Below, piece after piece: positions 30,135 through 40,451 of a DNA stretch of 64,000 nucleotides (position 1 is its first letter; every line of letters starts with the position of its first letter). The notes beneath the pieces were generated by a model. The model was not told the origin of the DNA, searched no databases, and was given only the letters and a program-made list of their open reading frames with translations. The stretch is from Candidatus Enterousia sp. (lineage in GTDB: Bacteria > Pseudomonadota > Alphaproteobacteria > Rs-D84): contig JAZROV010000002.1 in assembly GCA_045648885.1 (NCBI GenBank), positions 94,628 through 158,627 on the forward strand, read 5' to 3'. Both the position numbers and the translations under genes were made by a program.

Positions 30135-30378
30135 TATCGGCAATAATCTGTTTTTTATATTGCAACTTATATTTTTTAGGTTTAAAATATCGCGTATCAA
30201 AGGTTTTGTATGATGTGTTGATGCGATTAACGCCCGCGGAATGTCGTATAAAATTGAAAAAGCGAAAAAACTGGGGTGGCACCGCGCGAAAGAATCTTAG
30301 CGCCCCCGGGATGTAAGATTTGAATTGGTGCCGAAAAAATCTATTTTTTTTCAGGGCGCCACAAACAAGGGTGTAAAA

Positions 30379-32133
30379 ATGCTTTCTTTGAAATCAAAAT
30401 ACAGAACGCATACATGTGGTGAATTGAATGCGTCAAATGTTGGTGAAACTGTCACTTTGTCAGGATGGGTGCATCGTAAACGTGATCATGGATCGCTGCT
30501 TTTTATTGATTTGCGTGATAATTACGGTATCACCCAGATTGTGATTGACGGCGGAAATGATGATTTGGAACGCGTACGGCCTGAATCTGTGTTGCAGATT
30601 ACTGGTAAAGTCGTTGCACGTGATGCGTCCCAAAAAAACGATAAAATTCCAACCGGGGAAATAGAAGTCAGTGTTGAATCGTGGAAAGTTTTAACCGCTG
30701 CTGAAGTTTTACCATTCCAGGTCTTTGGCGATGATGACACTGTTGCGGAAGATTTACGTTTAAAATATCGCTATGTCGATTTGCGTCGTGACAGTCTGCA
30801 CAACAATATTTTGACGCGTAATCGCATTATGAAATTTTTGCGCGATAAAATGTGGGATATGGGATTTTCAGAATTCCAAACACCTATTTTGACTGTGTCC
30901 AGTCCAGAAGGTGCGCGCGATTATATCGTCCCAAGTCGTAATCATCATGGAATGTTTTATGCATTGCCCCAGGCACCTCAGCAATTTAAACAGTTGATTC
31001 AAATCGCTGGGTTTGATAGATATTTTCAAATTGCACCATGTTTCCGTGATGAAGATTTGCGTGCAGACAGATTGCTGGAATTTTATCAATTAGATTTGGA
31101 AATGTCTTTTGTTGATTTAAAAGATATCCAGGCGGTTGGTAATGAATTGATGCCTGAATTGATTAAAACTTTTGTTCCAGATGCAATTGTTGCACCAGAA
31201 ATTCCACATATCCCGTTTGATGAAGCGATGTTGAAATATGGGTCTGATAAACCTGATTTGCGCAATCCTATTTTAATCAGTGATGTGACGGAAATTTTCC
31301 GTGGCTCTGAATTCGGTATTTTCGCAAATGCAGTTGAAAATGGCAGTGTGGTTCGTGCGATTCCTGCACCAAACAGCGCAGATAAACCACGTTCTTGGTT
31401 CGATAAACTGGGTGAATATGCAACCAAAGAATTAGGATTGGGCGGTTTGGGTTATATTGTTTTTGCTGATGAAGCCAAGGGGCCAGTTGCAAAAAAATTA
31501 GATGCAGACCGTATTGCAAAACTGCGTGAAATTGCGGGGGATAATTCTTCGTTGTTCTTTGTTTGTGATACGCCAGAAAATGCAGCCAAAGCCGCAGGTA
31601 AATTGCGTATCAAATTGGGTGAAGATTTAAATCTGATAAATCCGCATGAATTTAAATTCTGTTGGATAGAAGATTTCCCAATGTATGAATTAAATGAAGA
31701 AACTGGCGCAATTGATTTTGGGCATAACCCGTTCAGTTTGCCAAAAGGTGAATTAGACGGTGATCCGTTGAAAATCAAAGCAAATCAATTTGATATGGTG
31801 TTAAATGGTGCTGAAATTTGCAGCGGCGGATTACGTAATTATAATCCTGAGACCATGGTCAAAGCGTTTGCCGTCGCGGGATATGGTCCAGAAGTTGTGA
31901 AAGAAAAATTCGGCGGAATGTATGCTGCGTTCCAATATGGTGCGCCACCACATGGCGGATGTGCTTTTGGAATTGACAGATTGGTGTCGATTATTTTAGG
32001 CACAACGAACCTGCGCGAAGTGGTTTTGTTCCCGACAAATCAACGTGGCCAAGATTTAATGTTAGGTGCACCACGTGAAGTCACAGAACAACAATTACGT
32101 GAAGTTCATATCCAGGTCAGAAAAAAGAATTAA
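30379..32133 (+). CDS. aspS: aspartate--tRNA ligase
   Basis: RTHTCGEL, FRDEDLRADR and GGCAFGIDRL class II motifs. The ORF track starts at 30325, but the Met at 30379 matches the canonical N-terminus. Confidence 0.85.
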   Translation: MLSLKSKYRTHTCGELNASNVGETVTLSGWVHRKRDHGSLLFIDLRDNYGITQIVIDGGNDDLERVRPESVLQITGKVVARDASQKNDKIPTGEIEVSVESWKVLTAAEVLPFQVFGDDDTVAEDLRLKYRYVDLRRDSLHNNILTRNRIMKFLRDKMWDMGFSEFQTPILTVSSPEGARDYIVPSRNHHGMFYALPQAPQQFKQLIQIAGFDRYFQIAPCFRDEDLRADRLLEFYQLDLEMSFVDLKDIQAVGNELMPELIKTFVPDAIVAPEIPHIPFDEAMLKYGSDKPDLRNPILISDVTEIFRGSEFGIFANAVENGSVVRAIPAPNSADKPRSWFDKLGEYATKELGLGGLGYIVFADEAKGPVAKKLDADRIAKLREIAGDNSSLFFVCDTPENAAKAAGKLRIKLGEDLNLINPHEFKFCWIEDFPMYELNEETGAIDFGHNPFSLPKGELDGDPLKIKANQFDMVLNGAEICSGGLRNYNPETMVKAFAVAGYGPEVVKEKFGGMYAAFQYGAPPHGGCAFGIDRLVSIILGTTNLREVVLFPTNQRGQDLMLGAPREVTEQQLREVHIQVRKKN

Positions 32134-32154
32134 TGTAATTGTGAATGATAAATA

Positions 32155-32188
32155 AAAACGCCTGCATTTTTTATGCAGGTGTTTTTTA
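32155..32188. terminator. rho-independent terminator between convergent aspS and asmA-like genes
   Basis: acgcctgcattttttatgcaggtgt hairpin with a T-run. Confidence 0.6.
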
Positions 32189-34669
32189 TTAAAATTTGTC
32201 ATGAGATTTTATAAAACTGCGCATATAATCGGGGTCAAAATTATTCATAATTTCATACAAATAATAATCACGATAATTGTCATCATACACAGTCAATTCG
32301 ATTGGTTCTGGGTTTGGTGATGTTCCGCGCAATATCAATTTAAAAGATGCAAACATTTTATCGTCATTTATTTTTAAATCGCCGATTGCATCAATGTGTC
32401 GCATAGATAATGCAATTGGTTGTGTGTTATTTATATCGCCCATATTATATGTTCCAACAATTCTCATTTTTTTGATTGGCATAGTGCCGCCGTCCAGTGC
32501 GCGGGCCAAGGCATATTCTGCATTTAATATTGTTATGTTGTCTGCAGATGCATAAAATTCTTGGAACCCCAGGCCGTGTAAAATTCCGCCATTAAACGTT
32601 GCATCAAATGTTCCAGATAAATTTTCACGAAAATCATGTGCTATTTTCCCAGATGTTTTCAATTTTATTTCAGCAGTGATTGCGGAATTCGACAGATTTA
32701 ACGGCATTTTATTTGGTAATAATTTTTCATCAATGACAAATTTATTTAATTGAATATTTATCGCGTAATTTGTGTTGTCTTTGTTGATAGTTGTTAATAA
32801 ATTACCACGATTTGAATCAGATATTGAAAAAGTTTGAGTGTTTTTCTTTAACGAATAAACAAAATTATTATATTCATTGTCGCGGTAAATCAAAGCGTTC
32901 GCAGACAATGCTATATTTGTATCAAAATTAAACGGCACAACAACGGGGGACGGATAAAAGAATGAATTTTGTTCGAAATTATTCATATATTTTTGTGAAA
33001 CAAAAGAATCAAGATTTAAAACATCTGTTTTTAATGTTATCGATTTATTCGATGCAGTGCCGATAAATTTATGTTTCGCGATTTCCAATGTTAAATCAGA
33101 AATTGTGCCTTTCTTGTAATTACCAGACAAAGTGTATGGTAAATCTGTCAAGAAATTCAGATTTGTGTCTGGAAACCAGACTTTGAAATTTTTGCCAACG
33201 ATATGAAAGTTGTCTTTGGTCACAGATATATTCCAATCCCCAGATTTTGGGACAAACATCATTGTTTCGTTTTCCCAAACAAAATCGCCAGTTTCATTGT
33301 ACATAGATTTTGGCAAAAATGGTAAATCTGCATTCAGCCAAGCCAGGTTTTTATTGTTGACAATATCGTATGTCACAGACGCTTTGTTGTTTTTAATTAT
33401 CATGGTTCCAGATGCGTCAGAAAAATTGAATTTGATTATGCCACTGGTTCCGAATCTTTTCGACGCATCAATAATCGTTTTTGTGTCTGGTAATTTTATT
33501 TTGCCGTTCACAGTTGCCAAAAATCCGTCGCGATTCACATGTAAATCACCAAATATTTTATTGTCGTATGAAAATTTTACACATGACCAATCGTTCGGTG
33601 TGCCATTAAATATACAAGTTGTTTTTTTACCGTTTTCCGACATTTCAATAGACAGATTATGTGCGCCATTTTTATCAATCGTTCCACCACGAATGTCCAA
33701 ATCGTCAGCAATCAATCTGTTTATTTTTACTTCATTATTTAACCCAACAATGTTTACATAAAGATGTTTGAATGTTTGTTTGATGAATTTTATTTTACCA
33801 TAAAAATCTAAATCAAAACTGGCGTTTCTTAATATTTCATAATCTTTCACAACAAAAGACATATCGTAATCTGCATTTTTATTTTGCAATTTGATGATTT
33901 TATATCCGTCGTCTTGCAAAGTGGCACTGCCCGTGATGCCGTTTGCGTGTATGTTTGAAAATTCTATCCCGTATTCGCCGTCCCATTTGATGTCTGCGGT
34001 TATAGGAAATCGTGCAGATATTTTTGGCTTTTCAAATTCAAACCACCTGTTTATATCTTGGGCGTTTATATTTATATGTGCAGTTGCAGTACCGTCTGGG
34101 AATAATGTCCCGGTTAATGTTAATTCATTATTTTTATTTTTTATTAAAAATTCGTTATTGATACATGTTATTTGATATCTGTGTTGGTCGGTTTCAACAT
34201 TTATCTTTGATGTGTTTTTTGAAAGTCTGGCGCGATTGACATAGTATTCTTTGTTTAAGAATTTGATTTTCGATTTTTTTATATTCACATTTGTATTCAT
34301 ATCAAATGGTGTGATTTTATCAAACATCAATGATGCACCCTTGATATTTATATCGCCAGAAATAGTCGCATTTTGCAGATTGAATATATTCCAAAATGGA
34401 ATTGTGAATTCGCATGCCGATATGACGCCATTTGGAACAAAGATATCGTGTGCGACAATAGTGGTTTGTCCCAAAAGACTGAAATTCACGTTGCCTTGGA
34501 TTTTTGCTGCAATACCTGTTTGTTTTAATATGATTTCTTCGATTTTAGGTTTAAGGGAATTCAAATGAATCATCGGGGGCACTGTTAAGATTAAAAGCAA
34601 TAAAAACCCCAGCCCTGCAATCGTGGCCCATAAAATACGATGTTTATGTTTTGGTCTTAAATGAAACAT
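32189..34669 (-). CDS. AsmA-family outer-membrane assembly protein
   Basis: 826 aa. The N-terminal TM and AsmA-like start ILWATIAGLGFLLLLILTVPPMIHLNSLKPKIEEIILKQTGIAAKIQG are followed by a long beta-rich repetitive body. Confidence 0.6.
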   Translation of the reverse strand: MFHLRPKHKHRILWATIAGLGFLLLLILTVPPMIHLNSLKPKIEEIILKQTGIAAKIQGNVNFSLLGQTTIVAHDIFVPNGVISACEFTIPFWNIFNLQNATISGDINIKGASLMFDKITPFDMNTNVNIKKSKIKFLNKEYYVNRARLSKNTSKINVETDQHRYQITCINNEFLIKNKNNELTLTGTLFPDGTATAHININAQDINRWFEFEKPKISARFPITADIKWDGEYGIEFSNIHANGITGSATLQDDGYKIIKLQNKNADYDMSFVVKDYEILRNASFDLDFYGKIKFIKQTFKHLYVNIVGLNNEVKINRLIADDLDIRGGTIDKNGAHNLSIEMSENGKKTTCIFNGTPNDWSCVKFSYDNKIFGDLHVNRDGFLATVNGKIKLPDTKTIIDASKRFGTSGIIKFNFSDASGTMIIKNNKASVTYDIVNNKNLAWLNADLPFLPKSMYNETGDFVWENETMMFVPKSGDWNISVTKDNFHIVGKNFKVWFPDTNLNFLTDLPYTLSGNYKKGTISDLTLEIAKHKFIGTASNKSITLKTDVLNLDSFVSQKYMNNFEQNSFFYPSPVVVPFNFDTNIALSANALIYRDNEYNNFVYSLKKNTQTFSISDSNRGNLLTTINKDNTNYAINIQLNKFVIDEKLLPNKMPLNLSNSAITAEIKLKTSGKIAHDFRENLSGTFDATFNGGILHGLGFQEFYASADNITILNAEYALARALDGGTMPIKKMRIVGTYNMGDINNTQPIALSMRHIDAIGDLKINDDKMFASFKLILRGTSPNPEPIELTVYDDNYRDYYLYEIMNNFDPDYMRSFIKSHDKF

Positions 34670-34730
34670 TCTCTTTCCTTGTATTTTTATTATAATGAAT
34701 TATATTAGATAAAGTGAATAAAAAAATAAC

Positions 34731-36728
34731 ATGAATAACAGAAAAAGTGTTTTTGAACTCGAATCTGATTTTGCGCCGATGGGGGACCAGCCAACGGCGA
34801 TATCTGAATTGGTTAATGGGGTTCGTGAAGGCCGTAAATCTCAGGTTTTATTGGGGGTGACGGGGTCTGGGAAAACATTTACTATGGCTAACGTTATTCA
34901 AAAATTGTCGCGGCCGACGATGATAATGGCGCCTAATAAGATTTTGGCAGCGCAGTTATATACAGAAATGAAATCATTTTTTCCGCGCAATCATGTCGAA
35001 TATTTTGTTTCTTTTTATGATTATTATCAACCCGAAGCCTATGTCCCCACAACAGATACATATATCGACAAAGATGCCGCTATCAATGAACAACTGGATC
35101 GTATGCGACACAGTGCGACACGCGCGATGTTGGAAGAAAAAGACGTTATTGTGGTTTCATCTGTGTCGTCTATTTATGGTATTGGGGCGCCTGAACAGTA
35201 TGCCCAGATGAAATTGGCGTTAAATGTCGGGGATAAAGTTTCTGAGAAAGATGTTATGCGCGCATTGGTCGATATTCAATACAAAAGAAACGATATCGGT
35301 TTTGCGCGTGGTGATTTTCGTGTGCGTGGTGATACTTTGGATATATTCCCATCGCATTCGATGGATCGTGCTTGGAAAGTATCTTTCTTTGGCGATGAAA
35401 TTGATGAAATTTGGGAATTTGATACGCTGACCGGTGGAAAATTATTTAAATTAGACCGAATTGTTATTTATCCAAATACACATTATGCAACGCCTATGCC
35501 GTCTGTGTTGCAGGCGATATCTCAAATCAGAATTGATTTAGAAGAACGTTTGAAATATTTTCACGACAATATGAAATTTGTTGAAGAACAAAGATTGCGT
35601 GAACGTGTGAATTTTGATATCGAAATGATGGAATCAACAGGGACGTGTCGTGGAATTGAAAATTATTCGCGATATATGACGGGACGTTTGCCGGGGCAAC
35701 CACCACCAACACTGTTTGAATATCTACCGAAAGATGCGGTTTTGTTTGTGGACGAAAGCCATGTTTCTGTTCCCCAGATTGGCGCGATGTCGCGTGGCGA
35801 TCGTGCGCGTAAAGAAACTTTGGCACAATACGGTTTTCGGTTGCCATCGTGTGTGGATAATCGACCGTTGACGTTTGAAGAATGGGATAATTTGCGGCCG
35901 CAAACTATATTCGTATCGGCTACGCCGGCACAATGGGAATTAGAACAATCAAATGGTATCGTTTCTGAACAATTAATTCGACCGACGGGATTATTAGACC
36001 CAATTTGTGATGTTCGGCCAACCGCACACCAAGTGGACGATTTATTGGGTGAAGTTAAAAAAACATCAGGTCGCGTGATTGTGACGACTTTGACCAAGAA
36101 AATGGCAGAACAATTGACTGATTATTTCGTCGAAAATGGCGTTCGGGCGCGGTATTTACATTCTGATATTGAAACGCTGGAACGTATAGATTTATTGCGT
36201 GATTTGCGTTTGGGAAAATATGATGTTTTGGTTGGAATAAATTTGCTGCGTGAAGGTTTGGATGTCCCGGAATGTGAATTGGTCGCGATTATGGACGCAG
36301 ACAAAGAAGGTTTTTTGCGGTCTACGCGTTCGCTGATTCAAACAATCGGACGTGCGGCGCGTAATGCAAATGGACGCGTGATTTTGTATGCCGATAAAAT
36401 AACAGATTCTATGCGGGTCGCGCTGGACGAGACTGCGCGTCGTCGTGAAAAGCAAGAAAAATACAATCGTGAACACAATATTACGCCGAAAACAGTTTCA
36501 AAGGCTGTGTTTGAAGAAGTGAAAATCAAAGAAGAAAAAACAGATAAAATAAAAAAGTTTGTTTACAGCAAAGATGGTGGTATTATGGACAAAGAATCTT
36601 TGCAACGCGAAATAAAGGTGTTAACCAAAAAGATGCATGCGTTTGCTGAAAATTTGGAATTTGAAGCGGCGGCCCAGTTGCGTGATACAATTCATAAAAT
36701 GGAAGACGATTTATTATTATTGGAATAA
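34731..36728 (+). CDS. uvrB: excinuclease ABC subunit B
   Basis: GVTGSGKTFTMA Walker A, helicase motifs and the C-terminal UVR domain. Confidence 0.92.
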   Translation: MNNRKSVFELESDFAPMGDQPTAISELVNGVREGRKSQVLLGVTGSGKTFTMANVIQKLSRPTMIMAPNKILAAQLYTEMKSFFPRNHVEYFVSFYDYYQPEAYVPTTDTYIDKDAAINEQLDRMRHSATRAMLEEKDVIVVSSVSSIYGIGAPEQYAQMKLALNVGDKVSEKDVMRALVDIQYKRNDIGFARGDFRVRGDTLDIFPSHSMDRAWKVSFFGDEIDEIWEFDTLTGGKLFKLDRIVIYPNTHYATPMPSVLQAISQIRIDLEERLKYFHDNMKFVEEQRLRERVNFDIEMMESTGTCRGIENYSRYMTGRLPGQPPPTLFEYLPKDAVLFVDESHVSVPQIGAMSRGDRARKETLAQYGFRLPSCVDNRPLTFEEWDNLRPQTIFVSATPAQWELEQSNGIVSEQLIRPTGLLDPICDVRPTAHQVDDLLGEVKKTSGRVIVTTLTKKMAEQLTDYFVENGVRARYLHSDIETLERIDLLRDLRLGKYDVLVGINLLREGLDVPECELVAIMDADKEGFLRSTRSLIQTIGRAARNANGRVILYADKITDSMRVALDETARRREKQEKYNREHNITPKTVSKAVFEEVKIKEEKTDKIKKFVYSKDGGIMDKESLQREIKVLTKKMHAFAENLEFEAAAQLRDTIHKMEDDLLLLE

Positions 36729-36732
36729 AAAA

Positions 36733-37137
36733 ATGAAAGAAAAAATTTATTATTTGAAAAATTTAGACGAAACACACGCGTGGGCGCGTGATTTTGCAAA
36801 AACACTGCATGCGCCGCAAACCGTGGCTTTGCACGGTGATTTGGGTATGGGAAAATCAGAGATTGCACGCGTTATAATTAAAACTTTGCGCGGGGAAGAT
36901 ACGGTTGTGCCATCGCCTACATTTACATTGGTGCAAAATTATGATGGTATTTCGCATTTTGATTTATACAGAATTGGCGATAAATCTGAATTGGAAGAAA
37001 TCGGTTTGAAATACGCAATTGATAATGATATTACTTTGATTGAATGGCCAGAAATAGCAATGGACATTTTACCGTCAAATACAATACATGTTTATATCAC
37101 ACAAGATGGTGATGGGCGTAAATTAATGCTTCAATAA
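36733..37137 (+). CDS. tsaE: tRNA threonylcarbamoyladenosine biosynthesis ATPase TsaE
   Basis: LHGDLGMGKSEIARVI P-loop. The start MKEKIYY at 36733 lies in the frame of the longer track ORF. Confidence 0.7.
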   Translation: MKEKIYYLKNLDETHAWARDFAKTLHAPQTVALHGDLGMGKSEIARVIIKTLRGEDTVVPSPTFTLVQNYDGISHFDLYRIGDKSELEEIGLKYAIDNDITLIEWPEIAMDILPSNTIHVYITQDGDGRKLMLQ

Positions 37138-38907
37138 ACTTTGCACCGCCAATGGGAAATCGGGCGCTTTGGCAAGGTATGAACCGCTGACCAATAAATT
37201 TGCACCTGCATCCCAACATAATTTTGCAGTTTCGGGATTTATTCCGCCGTCAACACTGATTAAATATTTCAATCCGTGTTTTTTTCGTGTGTAATCTAAC
37301 ATTTTTATTTTCTGTAAAACAGATGGATTGAATTCTTGACCTGCAGCCCCAGGTGTGACGGCCATTACCATTATTTCATCAATGTCTTTTAATATCGGAA
37401 CCAATATTTCCAGATTTGATTCAGGATTGACAGCAATTCCACAACGTTTGCCAGAATTTTTTATAACATTTATTGCATCGCGAACCCCGGCAGTGTTCGT
37501 AGATATTATAATCGTGTCTGCACCAGCATTTATCGCGTCACGCGCCCAGACAGATGGGCTTTCTGTCATTAAATGGACATGCAGATGCGCGTTTGTGTTG
37601 GTGCGAATCATTGCCAATTCATCAATGCCGCCTGCGATTTTATCAACATAAAATCCATCCATAATATCAACGTGAATCATTGATATGCCGCCGCTGGCAA
37701 ACAATGTATATGTCGATGGATCACGCATGTTAAAACAAAGCGTGCTGGGTAAAATAGGGATAAACTTCTTTTTCGGCTTTGTTTTTTTCTTGTGAAATAT
37801 TTTTGTAATTTTTTTTGCAATATTTTGAATCTTTATTTGTTTTTGTAAATACGCGTTGCGTTCAGGCATACGTAATTGCCAAATGTATTCAGACAATGCG
37901 TTGATAGATGCAGATTCACTTTGATTATCAACAGGCATATTAAATGCGCGTTCAAAAACAGTGTTAATGTTTTCTATGGCGGTTCCGCCGCCGGATAAAA
38001 CGATTTTTTCAGGTTTATATTGTGCAATATATTTTTTTGATTGTTCAAAGATTTCTTTGATTAATTCATAAAGTTTCGGAATAAAGATGTCGTTCACATC
38101 TGCCCGTGAAAATTTCGAAAATTTTTCATCTGATGATGCAGGTGTAAAACGGTCCATTTCATTTGGCATCGCGTTTGCAACCAACCTTTTTAATGTGTCC
38201 GCATCCATTGTTCCAATCTGTAATTGCAGTGCCAATGTGTTTGTAATATCGCGTTGGCCAAATTTTATTTTATTGAAATAAAGCGGACCGCGATTTGTCC
38301 ATATCGATACAGTCGTGAATTCTTCGCCCAAATCTATAAATAAAATTTTTTCGTTTTCGTGTCTGAAAACCGCGTTTTGTAAAAATGCAGAATCAAAAAA
38401 ACCCGCAGATTGAATGTGCGCGCGTCGCATTATGTCAGAAATATAACGGGTGCGTTCTTGTTCATATGAAATTACGCTGTATATAGATTTTAATTGTGTT
38501 GCAATATGTCCAACCGGTGTGTTTTTTATGTTTGATATTGTCGGTGTTCCGTAAAATACAGGTATCAAATGCATTAAATAAAAATCATCGGGTGGTGTTA
38601 TTTTTGCAATTTGATGTTTCAGGTCTAATTCGGATATTTTATGTTCATCGTTCCATGTAATTGTATCGGACACGGTTTGAAAATCACAAACCCCGAAATT
38701 CCCAGTCACAAAAGTAGAATCAAAATGTGTGTTTAATTGTTTTTCCAGTTCATCAACAACATGGTTCAAAGCAAAAATCGTATTAGTATTTTTTACAAAA
38801 TGCGTTGCAGATTGTATTATTTTCGCATTTTTTACAATATGTGCAAACCCACGGACACCATATGTGCCAATATCCAGACAAAGAAATGATGAATGTGTCA
38901 AATTCAT
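37123..38907 (-). CDS. in-frame fusion of FtsA-like actin-fold ATPase (N-terminal) and ribulose-phosphate 3-epimerase (C-terminal)
   Basis: N-terminal ~375 aa show actin-fold motifs LCLDIGTYGVRG, LFIDLGEEFTTVSIW and KIVLSGGGTAI, followed by a Lys-rich linker. The C-terminal part GISMIHVDIMDGFYV...ISVDGGINPETA is Rpe. The ORF overlaps the ftsQ stop by 4 nt. Confidence 0.55.
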   Translation of the reverse strand: MNLTHSSFLCLDIGTYGVRGFAHIVKNAKIIQSATHFVKNTNTIFALNHVVDELEKQLNTHFDSTFVTGNFGVCDFQTVSDTITWNDEHKISELDLKHQIAKITPPDDFYLMHLIPVFYGTPTISNIKNTPVGHIATQLKSIYSVISYEQERTRYISDIMRRAHIQSAGFFDSAFLQNAVFRHENEKILFIDLGEEFTTVSIWTNRGPLYFNKIKFGQRDITNTLALQLQIGTMDADTLKRLVANAMPNEMDRFTPASSDEKFSKFSRADVNDIFIPKLYELIKEIFEQSKKYIAQYKPEKIVLSGGGTAIENINTVFERAFNMPVDNQSESASINALSEYIWQLRMPERNAYLQKQIKIQNIAKKITKIFHKKKTKPKKKFIPILPSTLCFNMRDPSTYTLFASGGISMIHVDIMDGFYVDKIAGGIDELAMIRTNTNAHLHVHLMTESPSVWARDAINAGADTIIISTNTAGVRDAINVIKNSGKRCGIAVNPESNLEILVPILKDIDEIMVMAVTPGAAGQEFNPSVLQKIKMLDYTRKKHGLKYLISVDGGINPETAKLCWDAGANLLVSGSYLAKAPDFPLAVQSLLKH

Positions 38908-39593
38908 TTTTTCGTTTTTACCAAAATTCTGGCATTATCACGCATGTCTATGATATCAATGTCGCGTGATAATATTTGATGTGTTTGATTTAATACGCTG
39001 ATTTTATTCACCGCAGATGCAGGGGTGTTTTCGGGTAAATAAATTGTCGTGCCGTTTTTTGTGTGAATGTTCCAGCGGCGACCTTCGACCATGTTTATAT
39101 AATCTATGTATTCAGACAATCCAGATACGTTTGCAATTATATCGGTTAAATTGTCGGGTAATTCACCACTGAATACAATCGTGTTTTCATTTGGTGTTTC
39201 AAACGGAGTGTCTATTTTTGTTCCGTCATCAGATAATGGATAATACATTGCGCCATCGGTCCACATAGCGATTGCGTTGTGTTGTTTTGTCTTGATAATC
39301 AAATTCCCATTAGGTAAACGGCGTGTTGCGGCATTTTTTATCCATGGAATAGATACCACGCGATTGTTTATTTGATGCAAATCCAGACCACGCAGTGGGG
39401 TCCCATGACGAATTCCAACCGCCATGCCAATTGGTTCCAAATCGGCGTCCCTGTGGTCAGATGTTATTTCAATATGTTTCACCGTAGATATCGGTCCGCG
39501 CCCAAGGTAAGAGGTTATAATACGCGTCGCAAAATATATTGCCAACAAAATAGACAACACAAAATACAGCCAAAACAGCAATGATTTTTTCAT
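38904..39593 (-). CDS. ftsQ: cell division protein FtsQ
   Basis: N-terminal TM, POTRA-like IEITSDHRDADLEPI, and a position upstream of the ftsA-like gene. Confidence 0.65.
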   Translation of the reverse strand: MKKSLLFWLYFVLSILLAIYFATRIITSYLGRGPISTVKHIEITSDHRDADLEPIGMAVGIRHGTPLRGLDLHQINNRVVSIPWIKNAATRRLPNGNLIIKTKQHNAIAMWTDGAMYYPLSDDGTKIDTPFETPNENTIVFSGELPDNLTDIIANVSGLSEYIDYINMVEGRRWNIHTKNGTTIYLPENTPASAVNKISVLNQTHQILSRDIDIIDMRDNARILVKTKK

Positions 39594-39642
39594 AAGATTG
39601 ATTATATCACAATTTTATAAAATAGCCAACCAATACGATATT

Positions 39643-40026
39643 TTATTTTGCACGCAATAAATATCCGCGCTGTAACATGCATTTACGATAATATCCGGTT
39701 GTTTTTGATGCCTGGTTTGGCGGAACAGATAATAATGCGCGTTGGCCGACATCTTGGTATTCATTTGATTGGAATGTCACCCACAGACCGTCCCATTTTG
39801 GCATTTGTGCGCTTTGATTCGGGGACAATAACTTTGCAATTCGGGAACGCGGTTCATAATCTTTGCTTTTTATTCCCAGACAAGATTTATGGTCACGAAC
39901 AAACTGTTCCGTCGTGACAGCGTCATTTTCCCAATTTAATATTGTTGCATCGTCAATCGAACCATGGTTGACAGACGCACATGCCACTAAAAAAATAGGC
40001 AATAAAAATAAATATTTCATTCTCAT
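39643..40026 (-). CDS. small lipoprotein
   Basis: Lipobox FLVAC. Confidence 0.4.
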   Translation of the reverse strand: MRMKYLFLLPIFLVACASVNHGSIDDATILNWENDAVTTEQFVRDHKSCLGIKSKDYEPRSRIAKLLSPNQSAQMPKWDGLWVTFQSNEYQDVGQRALLSVPPNQASKTTGYYRKCMLQRGYLLRAK

Positions 40027-40103
40027 GTTATTATATTATAATTTAATTGCGTTCGGGGGGCAATAGTTTTTATAATGTAAAAAACAAAGGCAGGGAATAT
40101 ACC

Positions 40104-40427
40104 ATGGCAATAAATATTCAAAACTATGTAAAACTGGCAAATTTCTATAATGAAATGACGCGCGTTTTGTCTGCAATTTGTGTAGAAAAAGGCGGAATTG
40201 CGCTGGAAAATTATGTTGGACGTTTTTTTGCTGCCGATTGTTTGGAATATATTGTTGAATATGGAAAAAGATTAAAAAAATCTGGTGCACAATTAACAAA
40301 AGAAACACTGGATGTGATGGATTTGTTCGAAAAAAGATTTGAAACGGTCAAAGATTTTGTCACGCCAAATCAAAAACCTGTTTATGAAATGACGCTTGAA
40401 GAATTTGAAAAAATCATGAATATTTAA
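40104..40427 (+). CDS. hypothetical protein
   Basis: ORF 40047-40427. The Met at 40104 has a better RBS context. Confidence 0.3.
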   Translation: MAINIQNYVKLANFYNEMTRVLSAICVEKGGIALENYVGRFFAADCLEYIVEYGKRLKKSGAQLTKETLDVMDLFEKRFETVKDFVTPNQKPVYEMTLEEFEKIMNI

Positions 40428-40451
40428 CACTGGCAAAGAAAGGAAAGAAAT

